Virus record (IMG/VR): IMGVR_UViG_3300032288_003197
Span: 1 to 64,000 of that record
DNA: 64,000 bases
Strand: one strand, 5' to 3'
Source of the DNA: a virus
Below, in pieces: positions 1 through 6,477 of the stretch; position 1 is the stretch's first letter, and each line of letters opens with the position of its first letter. A program made the translations under genes and the position numbers. The notes under the pieces are model-generated. The model was given only the letters and a program-made list of their open reading frames with translations, did not search any database and was not told the DNA's origin.

Positions 1-308
1 AGTTTCAAAGGTTTGCCGTTGTGCTGATTGATCCCACAACAGGCACACAAGTATTCACGTTTTCTAGCGGGTTCTCTGAGCGGAACTGCTGATGCGGGCG
101 GCAGCCCCAGACTGTGATCTTGCGCATCATGCGGTGTGCGCTGTTTGACCAGTCCATCTATGCGACGTTGAATAAACGATTTTTGATTTAATCGTGTGTG
201 TTCAGATACTTCACAATCGCGACTACAAAACCCAGGGGTAATTTTTTCTTGGGATCTGGTGTATGCTTGGTTGCAATAACCACAGTAGTGTTGAAAGTAA
301 ATGCTCAT
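1..308 (-). CDS. HNH homing endonuclease, partial (runs off window start)
   Basis: Manual translation from ATG 308: MSIYFQHYCGYC...FCSRDC...YLCACCGINQHNGKPLK, paralleling the CEECGISNVYNGKPLSLELDH segment of the HNH at 2474-2980. Confidence 0.7.
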   Translation of the reverse strand, partial: MSIYFQHYCGYCNQAYTRSQEKITPGFCSRDCEVSEHTRLNQKSFIQRRIDGLVKQRTPHDAQDHSLGLPPASAVPLREPARKREYLCACCGINQHNGKPLK

Positions 309-319
309 ACTGTATTTAT

Positions 320-397
320 TGGAGCATCGGGCTGGATTTGAACCAGCGAATCAACGGATTTGCAATCCGCGCCATTAGACCGCTCTGGTACCGATGC
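320..397 (-). tRNA. tRNA-Cys(GCA)
   Basis: Cloverleaf, anticodon loop TTGCAAA, GGTTCAAATCC, encoded CCA. Confidence 0.95.
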
Positions 398-403
398 ATT
401 GTT

Positions 404-478
404 TGGTAGGTGGTGACGGGATCGAACCGCCGACAGCTGCCGTGTAAAGACAGAGTTCTACCGCTGAACTAACCACCC
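404..478 (-). tRNA. tRNA-Val(TAC)
   Basis: Cloverleaf, loop TTTACAC, GGTTCGATCCC, CCA. Confidence 0.95.
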
Positions 479-486
479 AAATTGCG

Positions 487-648
487 TTATTGTTTGGTGC
501 GTTTGCTGCCGCGCAGTTCGCTTTCAAGAATGCGAACATAGTCCCGAACAAATTCACCGCGATGGTGATCATCAAGAATCTTTGCAGCTATGCGTTTTAC
601 ACTCTTGGGGAGCTTCACTGCTCGTGGATCATAACCTCTGCATGTCAT
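487..648 (-). CDS. hypothetical protein (MTCRGYDPRAVKL...)
   Basis: ORF filling the gap between tRNAs; start trimmed to the ATG outside tRNA-Pro. Confidence 0.6.
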   Translation of the reverse strand: MTCRGYDPRAVKLPKSVKRIAAKILDDHHRGEFVRDYVRILESELRGSKRTKQ

Positions 649-667
649 ATCTACTCTTTCTAAAAAA

Positions 668-744
668 TGGTCGGAGTACAAGGATTCGAACCTTGGACCC
701 CCTGGTCCCAAACCAGGTGCGCTACCAGACTGCGCCACACTCCG
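668..744 (-). tRNA. tRNA-Pro(TGG)
   Basis: CGGAGTG acceptor, loop TTTGGGA, CCA. Confidence 0.95.
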
Positions 745-751
745 AATAAAC

Positions 752-967
752 TTACTTTAACTTTGGATCAATGCTTTTGTCAACTTCATGCGACTCTGCA
801 AACCGTTGTGGTTGGTCCATCCACATGGGAAAAAACTTCCACCCAAAACTTTTCCAGTATTTGTGAATGATGTTATTGATGAGCACTGCTCCAGCAACAA
901 TCACAATCAAACCCATCATTATCAAAATGCTTGCTGCTAAAAACACAGCTGACTGATCCATGTTCAT
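752..967 (-). CDS. small membrane protein
   Basis: AAGGA RBS; N-terminal hydrophobic helix. Confidence 0.65.
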   Translation of the reverse strand: MNMDQSAVFLAASILIMMGLIVIVAGAVLINNIIHKYWKSFGWKFFPMWMDQPQRFAESHEVDKSIDPKLK

Positions 968-977
968 GTTATTCCTT

Positions 978-1051
978 TGGAGCGGGGCAGGAGAATCGAA
1001 CTCCTCGCATGAGCTTGGAAGGCTCAGGTATTACCACTATACGAGCCCCGC
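978..1051 (-). tRNA. tRNA-Gly(TCC)
   Basis: Cloverleaf, loop CTTCCAA, CCA. Confidence 0.95.
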
Positions 1052-1065
1052 GTTGCAATTTAGTT

Positions 1066-1094
1066 ATTGTACGACAACTCGTCATTGTCGTCAA
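1066..1094 (-). promoter_or_regulatory. sigma70-type promoter inside tRNA array
   Basis: TTGACG-17nt-TACAAT upstream of tRNA-Gly(TCC). Confidence 0.65.
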
Positions 1095-1100
1095 CACATT

Positions 1101-1177
1101 TGGTGGTGAAGGTCAGGATCGAACTGACGACCTCAGGGTTATGAATCCTGCGCTCTCACCGGCTGAGCTACATCACC
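1101..1177 (-). tRNA. tRNA-Met(CAT), probably elongator
   Basis: Cloverleaf, loop TTCATAA, paired 1-72. Confidence 0.9.
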
Positions 1178-1178
1178 A

Positions 1179-1253
1179 TGGGGTGTCGTATGAGAATCGA
1201 ACTCATGATAGCGGAATCACAACCCGCGGTTTTACCACTAAACTAACGTCACC
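1179..1253 (-). tRNA. tRNA-His(GTG)
   Basis: Loop TTGTGAT, G-1/C73 signature, CCA. Confidence 0.93.
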
Positions 1254-1287
1254 ATATAGAAACACACTACAACAATAGGTTTTTATA

Positions 1288-1361
1288 TGGTAGGGGTGCA
1301 GGGGAACGATCCCTGTTTTACTGGTTAAAAGCCAGTTACTTCACCTTAAAGTTTCACCCCC
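1288..1361 (-). tRNA. tRNA-Lys(TTT), atypical T-loop
   Basis: ACTGG-CTTTTAA-CCAGT anticodon arm, CCA; T-loop reads GATCGTTC instead of GTTCGAATC. Confidence 0.85.
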
Positions 1362-1389
1362 TGGGTTTATCACTCTTGTCACTGTCCAT
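1354..1389 (-). CDS. putative 11-aa micropeptide MDSDKSDKPRG
   Basis: Strong AAGGAG RBS before ATG; stop TGA lies inside the 5' end of tRNA-Lys. Confidence 0.4.
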   Translation of the reverse strand: MDSDKSDKPRG

Positions 1390-1436
1390 GGGACTCTCCT
1401 TTTAATTAAACTTTTGATGCAATCTGTAAATATTGC

Positions 1437-2234
1437 ATGTCAGATATCACAGTAATTTTTCAAAATCAACCGCCAATACATATCAAACTCTATGATACTG
1501 CTGCTGCCGCGCATTGGCGCAAACTGTTTGTTCAAAACTATCAACAAAAATTTCCACTGTTTCGGGACATGCAAAAATATACCTGGAAATATCTTGAACA
1601 TCTAGTAGATCAGGCAAACAAAACATGTGGATGGAATTTTACAACACAAATTCAAAATCTTCAAGACACAGTGGATTTGCACAAACACATTGAAGTCACG
1701 TTGGCCAACGGATATCAAAACATCCCATCTGACTGGGACCACTTGCTGGACGAGTTACATTTTGCCTTGCATACTGTCCAGCAAACAAAACTGTCTAACA
1801 TATCACGCCGTGGTAACTTTCTTCAAATTGAGTGGTTCAACGATGATTATGTTCCATTACCAGAAGATTTTGTGTTTACATCAAATCTTCAATTTGGAGA
1901 TCTAAGACTTCAAAATGCCTATGTGGGGCACATCCCGTTACAGATTTTTGAACAAAATGATTTTGCCAATGTTTTTCAAACTTGTCGATTTCATGACAGA
2001 ATCAAACCGGGACTAAACATTACAATTTTTTCAGGCAACCGTGTACTACCCAACATCGAAACCTATACTCAATGGTGGAATACTCATGCCCCAGAGTTTG
2101 TCAAATATCATGGCTGGAACAAAATTATGTACTACACTGGACATCCAATCATTGGGCAAGTTGTCAACACCGATGATCTTGCCAAGGTTGCCACATGTGC
2201 CGAAGTATTAGAACTTCAAGAAGTGATTTACTGA
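1437..2234 (+). CDS. hypothetical protein
   Basis: 265-aa ORF, AT-richer than flanks; only convincing plus-strand gene in the window. Confidence 0.8.
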   Translation: MSDITVIFQNQPPIHIKLYDTAAAAHWRKLFVQNYQQKFPLFRDMQKYTWKYLEHLVDQANKTCGWNFTTQIQNLQDTVDLHKHIEVTLANGYQNIPSDWDHLLDELHFALHTVQQTKLSNISRRGNFLQIEWFNDDYVPLPEDFVFTSNLQFGDLRLQNAYVGHIPLQIFEQNDFANVFQTCRFHDRIKPGLNITIFSGNRVLPNIETYTQWWNTHAPEFVKYHGWNKIMYYTGHPIIGQVVNTDDLAKVATCAEVLELQEVIY

Positions 2235-2244
2235 TTTAAAAATT

Positions 2245-2325
2245 TGGTACCCCAGACGGGATTTGAACCCGCATTTAAATTTCTCCTTTTGAGAGAGACG
2301 ACTTTGCCAATTTGTCTACTGGGGC
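2245..2325 (-). tRNA. tRNA-Leu(CAA)
   Basis: Loop CTCAAAA, extended variable arm, CCA. Confidence 0.9.
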
Positions 2326-2332
2326 ACAAAAA

Positions 2333-2408
<76 letters not shown>

Positions 2409-2415
2409 ATTGTAT

Positions 2416-2491
2416 TGGCTCCCCGACCTGGATTCGAACCAGGCTTCACGGATTAACAGTCCGCCGCCTTCACCTAGATTGCTCTCGGGGA
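2416..2491 (-). tRNA. tRNA-Asn(GTT)
   Basis: Loop CTGTTAA, G73, CCA. Confidence 0.93.
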
Positions 2492-2980
2492 ATTTAATTT
2501 TTTGTATCTTATATTTTTTGCTCGGTGTGTCGGTGTTTGACTATGACAGTTCGGACACAAGATACGCAAGTTTTCAATTTTATTATTAACGTTGTTTCCG
2601 TCTATGTGATCTAATTCTAATGATAATGGCTTGCCGTTGTAAACATTGCTAATTCCACATTCTTCGCAAGTATGATTGCGTTCAACTAACAATCTTCTTC
2701 GCAATGAATCATGGGCCATTTCTTCGTGTGGACGACTCCAAGATTTTGCTCTATGAATTGCAGAAGTTTTTCTTTGGGCTTCCGCTTTATCATACTTTAA
2801 CATCTTTTGAGCATTAATTTCTTTGCGCTGTGCTTCGGTAGTATCAGAATAAAAGTCCAACATTGCCTTGCGCTTTTTTTCTTTAGATTTGTCTGTAAAA
2901 GTCCTGCTGTTAGCACAACTTCGGCTGCAAAACAAACCTTGTTTTTCATGAACCATGCTGCATTTTGGACATGCTTTCAT
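2474..2980 (-). CDS. HNH homing endonuclease
   Basis: CxxC...LELDHIDGNNVNNKIENLRILCPNCH; stop overlaps tRNA-Asn 5' end. Confidence 0.92.
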   Translation of the reverse strand: MKACPKCSMVHEKQGLFCSRSCANSRTFTDKSKEKKRKAMLDFYSDTTEAQRKEINAQKMLKYDKAEAQRKTSAIHRAKSWSRPHEEMAHDSLRRRLLVERNHTCEECGISNVYNGKPLSLELDHIDGNNVNNKIENLRILCPNCHSQTPTHRAKNIRYKKLNSPRAI

Positions 2981-2983
2981 ATT

Positions 2984-3021
2984 GAACCTCCGATACTTTT
3001 ATTTATATCTTTCGGAGGTTC
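2984..3021 (-). promoter_or_regulatory. RBS-sequestering hairpin with late promoter in its loop
   Basis: GAACCTCCGA/TCGGAGGTTC 10-bp stem hides GGAGG; TATAAATA in the loop. Confidence 0.8.
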
Positions 3022-3035
3022 GACGCTAGATAACT

Positions 3036-3110
3036 TGGTGCCCCGGGGGTGAATCGAACACCCGACCTCGGATTACAAAACCGATGTTTTACCACTAGAA
3101 CTAACGGGGC
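3036..3110 (-). tRNA. tRNA-Thr(TGT)
   Basis: Loop TTTGTAA, CCA. Confidence 0.94.
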
Positions 3111-3119
3111 TAAATTTTT

Positions 3120-3209
3120 TGGCGGAGAGTTAGGGAGTCGAACCCTATCAGCGGCTCGTCACCACCGCGGGATTAGCAATCCCGTGCCTTACCATCCGGC
3201 CCACTCTCC
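3120..3209 (-). tRNA. tRNA-Ser(GCT)
   Basis: Loop TTGCTAA, long variable arm, G73. Confidence 0.95.
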
Positions 3210-3218
3210 GTCTACGCT

Positions 3219-3247
3219 ATTATATAGTCGACACTGTTGTGTGTCAA
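3219..3247 (-). promoter_or_regulatory. sigma70-type promoter inside tRNA array
   Basis: TTGACA-17nt-TATAAT, perfect consensus, upstream of tRNA-Ser. Confidence 0.75.
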
Positions 3248-3255
3248 CAAAATCT

Positions 3256-3332
3256 TGGTGCCTGTTCGTGGTCTCGAACCACGGACCCCCGCGTTATCAA
3301 CACGGTGCTCTAACCAACTGAGCTAAACAGGC
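3256..3332 (-). tRNA. tRNA-Ile(GAT)
   Basis: Loop TTGATAA, CCA. Confidence 0.95.
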
Positions 3333-3335
3333 CAC

Positions 3336-3411
3336 TGGCAGGGGATGATGGGATCGAACCACCGAATGTCTGAATCAAAATCAGATGCCTTACCACTTGG
3401 CGAATCCCCTA
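3336..3411 (-). tRNA. tRNA-Gln(TTG)
   Basis: Loop TTTTGAT, CCA. Confidence 0.93.
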
Positions 3412-3417
3412 CAAACA

Positions 3418-3492
3418 TGGCATCCCGCCAGGGATTCGAACCCCGTCCCACGGTTTTGGAGACCGTCATGCTGCCGTTGACACCAGCGAGAT
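3418..3492 (-). tRNA. tRNA-Trp(CCA)
   Basis: Loop CTCCAAA, CCA end. Confidence 0.92.
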
Positions 3493-3499
3493 ACAAATA

Positions 3500-3575
3500 T
3501 GGTGGAGGTAAACGGGATCGAACCGATGACCCCCTGCTTGCAAAGCAGGTGCTCTCCCAGCTGAGCTATACCCCC
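3500..3575 (-). tRNA. tRNA-Ala(TGC)
   Basis: G3:U70, loop TTTGCAA. Confidence 0.96.
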
Positions 3576-3584
3576 AAACTTTTA

Positions 3585-3785
3585 ACACACTCTTGAGAAT
3601 GTGTGTATTAAAGCATACTAGCCGCTCTGTTTCTTCTGTATGCCTACAGATTGTATCCATTCGTCTAATATGCTTTAATACGCTGTGATTTTTCACACCA
3701 CACAAGGTGCTCCATCCCACAGGCCGCCCATTTGCAACTGTTTAGAGTGTGTTGCAGGATCGCGTTTCCTGGTCGCACTTGGAGA
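3585..3785 (-). ncRNA. unassigned structured RNA candidate(s)
   Basis: 17-bp stem 3605-3621/3665-3681 (G-U pair only on minus strand) plus a GC-rich multi-stem unit at about 3703-3782; no credible ORF. Confidence 0.5.
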
Positions 3786-3959
3786 TCAAAGATCAAAAAT
3801 TCGAGCTTTGGATTCTCTCTGGTTTACTTTTTCACGAAATGCTCGAGCTCGTTCATACTTTTCATCAATCAGTTTGCGAAACTGTTCCTCGGTAAGGTGA
3901 TTTTCAGTAGTGAATTTGATCTCTCGCATGCGTTTTCTAAAATCAATTTTTTCCTTCAT
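3786..3959 (-). CDS. small basic hypothetical protein (MKEKIDFRKR...)
   Basis: ORF starting just after the attenuator terminator. Confidence 0.6.
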   Translation of the reverse strand: MKEKIDFRKRMREIKFTTENHLTEEQFRKLIDEKYERARAFREKVNQRESKARIFDL

Positions 3960-3971
3960 AATCTTTTGCAA

Positions 3972-4039
3972 AACAAAAAACCCAGGGTGTTTAGTCCTGG
4001 GTCCTGGGGTAAGATACAGTTGTATGTTACTTAGGACCC
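3972..4039 (-). terminator. attenuator 1: mutually exclusive terminator/antiterminator
   Basis: Terminator ACCCAGG-loop-CCTGGGT+TTTTT; antiterminator GGGTCCT(4039-4033)/AGGACCC(4005-3999) shares ACCC with the terminator. Confidence 0.8.
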
Positions 4040-4141
4040 TGAGCCTCCTGGAATGCTGTTCAAGCCTGTAAATGTGCGTGGCCAGACTGATGTCTGAGGC
4101 ATCGCAGATTTTTGTAGCACTGAACACATTGTATGTTTCAT
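4031..4141 (-). CDS. leader peptide 1 (36 aa) MKHTMCSVLQKSAMPQTSVWPRTFTGLNSIPGGSGS
   Basis: Manual translation; directly behind promoter; last codons and stop overlap the antiterminator 5' strand. Confidence 0.72.
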   Translation of the reverse strand: MKHTMCSVLQKSAMPQTSVWPRTFTGLNSIPGGSGS

Positions 4142-4151
4142 CTTAAGTCCT

Positions 4152-4180
4152 ATTGTACTTTATTTATGATTGTTTGTCAA
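4152..4180 (-). promoter_or_regulatory. composite sigma70 + late promoter for leader 1
   Basis: TTGACA-17nt-TACAAT with CATAAATA inside the spacer. Confidence 0.75.
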
Positions 4181-4209
4181 CCAAGAATTGATTCCGTGTT
4201 ACGCGGAAT

Positions 4210-4284
4210 TGGTTGCGGGGGGAGGAATCGAACCTCCGGCTTCCAGGTTATGAGCCTGGCGGTCTACCGCTGACGTACCCCGCG
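4210..4284 (-). tRNA. initiator tRNA-fMet(CAT)
   Basis: C1:A72 mismatch, CGCGGGG acceptor, loop CTCATAA. Confidence 0.9.
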
Positions 4285-4312
4285 ATATGTTATAAATCAA
4301 ACAAGTTGTTGG

Positions 4313-5146
4313 TCAGCCCGGAAACCAATCTTTTTCTTCGTCGAACTTGTAGTTGTCTGGCAGTACAACCTTGTTTGAATGATCAACCAAATCAAGCAAT
4401 TGAGGTTTGGGAACCCCAGTAATTCTAATTTGTCTTCTACGTGAAGTGCAAACCGGAACTCCATGCAAAAAGTAATCACTGGACAAATACACCGGATCGT
4501 TGGATTTCAAAACTGTTTTGTTGTCAGCACCGTCCAAACTCCACCACAGTGGAACACCGCCATCACTGAGATTTAGCACCATGATCACATGTCCTTGTTG
4601 ATATACACCATTGTTGACACCTAAATTTTTAGTAAATGATGTTCCACTATCAAATTCATATCTCAAGTCGCGATGTATGCAGGCAAACGATCCCGGCTCC
4701 ATGCTTACGCAATGTATACTTACAATTCTTTGAAACGGTAATTTTTTTAAAATAAATTCTACAATTTTTAATTGCTTGAACTCGGGTTTTAACTTGTACA
4801 ATCTATGCAAATGATGATTGCGCATGGTAGAACCGCCTATGCCAGCACGTAGTTTTACATACTCACTATCTGAGTCAACAAGGTGAAGTTCCAATAATTG
4901 AGTTATATCAAATTGAGGAATCCCATCAGAAATACCACATTCTGTTTCCACACTGATCTTATCATACAAGTCTGGATCTACCATGCCCCAACTTTGATTG
5001 AGTTGCCGGGTGTTACTCCAAACTGATTCAAGAGATCTTATTTGTCGTGCCGCTGGTAAAATACAATTATCATATTCATCGATAAAAATTGTAGGATCAA
5101 AATCAATGTTGAGTTTTGCGTAGGCAAAATTTGCAAATGGGTGCAT
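4313..5146 (-). CDS. putative 2OG-Fe(II) oxygenase-like protein
   Basis: HxD (IHRD)...H (FLHGV)...R pattern. Confidence 0.55.
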   Translation of the reverse strand: MHPFANFAYAKLNIDFDPTIFIDEYDNCILPAARQIRSLESVWSNTRQLNQSWGMVDPDLYDKISVETECGISDGIPQFDITQLLELHLVDSDSEYVKLRAGIGGSTMRNHHLHRLYKLKPEFKQLKIVEFILKKLPFQRIVSIHCVSMEPGSFACIHRDLRYEFDSGTSFTKNLGVNNGVYQQGHVIMVLNLSDGGVPLWWSLDGADNKTVLKSNDPVYLSSDYFLHGVPVCTSRRRQIRITGVPKPQLLDLVDHSNKVVLPDNYKFDEEKDWFPG

Positions 5147-5191
5147 GGGGTATTTATTGGTACAAAGTCGCATTTCAAACTATTACAACTT

Positions 5192-5411
5192 CAATTTGTT
5201 TTGGTCAAACTGGTCGTCTTCTGCTTTGCGTTTAAAGGTACACAATGCTTGTGTGTAAAGCATGGTCTTCCTTCCAGGCACATGGACTGACTGTGACTAG
5301 CAGTCCAGAACTTAATCCCCAGCGGCCCTGGATTCAGTATTGTCCTCAGCAGATAGGCCCGTCGTCATCGAGTTTTTGACACAGACAGACCAGTTTGACC
5401 AAAACAAATTG
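5192..5411 (-). ncRNA. unassigned structured RNA closed by a perfect 24-bp inverted repeat
   Basis: CAATTTGTTTTGGTCAAACTGGTC (5192-5215) / its reverse complement (5388-5411); internal hairpins such as TGGACTG/CAGTCCA. Confidence 0.6.
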
Positions 5412-5500
5412 GTAGGAGTGGTGGGAATCGAACCCACATTCGCCGCCTTATCTAGACGGTGCTTACGAGGATATAAATCTCGCCCTTAGGCCAATATTAG
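5410..5500 (-). tRNA. atypical tRNA-like RNA, apparent anticodon TAT, very long variable arm
   Basis: GGGAGTG/CACTCCT-A-CCA acceptor and canonical T-arm; weak D-stem; loop TTTATAT; about 28-nt extra region with CCGTCT/AGGCGG stem. Confidence 0.7.
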
Positions 5501-5519
5501 CAACACTCCCATTATTCTC

Positions 5520-5667
5520 ATAGTCAAGCACCGAGAGATGCCGATTTGTCAACAAAGGTGCTTCCTCTGACAAGCGAATAGCAGTTATATCAGGACCTGT
5601 TCCTCGCACAGTTAGGCCCGCATAGTGACAGCGTCCCGTCACGATACCTGTATCGATGCTTGACTAT
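5520..5667 (-). ncRNA. unassigned structured RNA
   Basis: 15-bp closing stem ATAGTCAAGCATCGA/TCGGTGCTTGACTAT plus internal hairpins GTGACG/TGTCAC and TTGTCA/TGACAA. Confidence 0.55.
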
Positions 5668-5677
5668 AAAAACAAAA

Positions 5678-5875
5678 ATGCTCTGCATCCCCCGGCGGTA
5701 ATTGTACTGCATCAAGTACCAGGAACCCCCAGCACCATCACACACAGCTTCCACCCGCTTCACGACAGGGACCGTTATCGTATTGCCAACGCTGTTTAGG
5801 CTAGAACAGTACCGCCCGTGAGTGTCATCTCACTTCTCATCGTCTGGGACCAGACTATCCAGTGACGCTGGAACG
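5678..5875 (-). ncRNA. manA-motif RNA
   Basis: Recalled motif blocks CCCAGACGATGAGAAG, GGGCGGT, GCAATACGA, GCGGGTGGAAG, AATTACCGCCG; this motif is known from phage tRNA clusters. Confidence 0.75.
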
Positions 5876-5884
5876 TTTGTTTGC

Positions 5885-6073
5885 TCACCGAACTGGCGAG
5901 CGTAATTTAAATGTTGGTGACGGTGTCAAGTTCTCTGGCGGCTTGACAACCACAGTGTTGGACTGTCGATAATCTCGAAAAATTTCCAACACCAACCATG
6001 CCCATACTGCTATAGAAGTCACAGCGATCATGCTCAAAAGAACGATGCCAAACCAATGCATAATAGTCGTCAT
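5885..6073 (-). CDS. small membrane protein
   Basis: MTTIMHWFGIVLLSMIAV... single hydrophobic helix; start trimmed to avoid tRNAs. Confidence 0.6.
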   Translation of the reverse strand: MTTIMHWFGIVLLSMIAVTSIAVWAWLVLEIFRDYRQSNTVVVKPPENLTPSPTFKLRSPVR

Positions 6074-6084
6074 GTTGTATTTAA

Positions 6085-6161
6085 TGGCGCACCGTAGGGG
6101 ACTTGAACCCCTGACCCCTTGCGTGACAGGCAAGTGCGCTGACCAACTGCGCCAACGGTGC
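6085..6161 (-). tRNA. tRNA-Asp(GTC)
   Basis: Loop CTGTCAC, G73. Confidence 0.95.
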
Positions 6162-6162
6162 A

Positions 6163-6247
6163 TGGTGGAGATGATTGGGATCGAACCAATTGTGACCGAA
6201 GTCGGCGGATTTACAGTCCGCTGCCATACCATTACGGCGGCACCTCC
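6163..6247 (-). tRNA. tRNA-Tyr(GTA)
   Basis: Loop CTGTAAA, long variable arm. Confidence 0.95.
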
Positions 6248-6326
6248 ATGATACTTGCTACGGGACGCCAAATTCTTACGGTCGTTTAAGAGTAGGCGGC
6301 CACAGCCGCACACTCTCCCTTAAAAA

Positions 6327-6402
6327 TGGTACTCGGTACGGGAATCGAACCCGTCTTACTGACGTGAAAGGCCAGTGTCCTAAACCGATAGACGAACCGA
6401 GC
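6327..6402 (-). tRNA. tRNA-Glu(TTC)
   Basis: Loop CTTTCAC, CCA. Confidence 0.94.
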
Positions 6403-6477
6403 AATTCTATATGTAAACACACAAATTGTGTGCTTGCATATAGAGTCTGCACTCAACGCAGACTCTATACGAATCTA

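Noticed and set aside
3786-4127. 113-aa ORF-track call spanning the attenuator
   Set aside because: Its 5' half crosses a strong terminator in a different frame from the leader peptide; only 3786-3959 is retained
5192-5411. 6S RNA or transposon
   Set aside because: Interior is multi-branched rather than a rod with a central bubble; no transposase, second copy or clear target duplication in the window
5410-5500. Possible suppressor or Leu(TAG) tRNA suggested by CTAGA in the extra arm
   Set aside because: That loop is not at the anticodon position, and genes end normally at TAG/TGA/TAA with no sign of recoding
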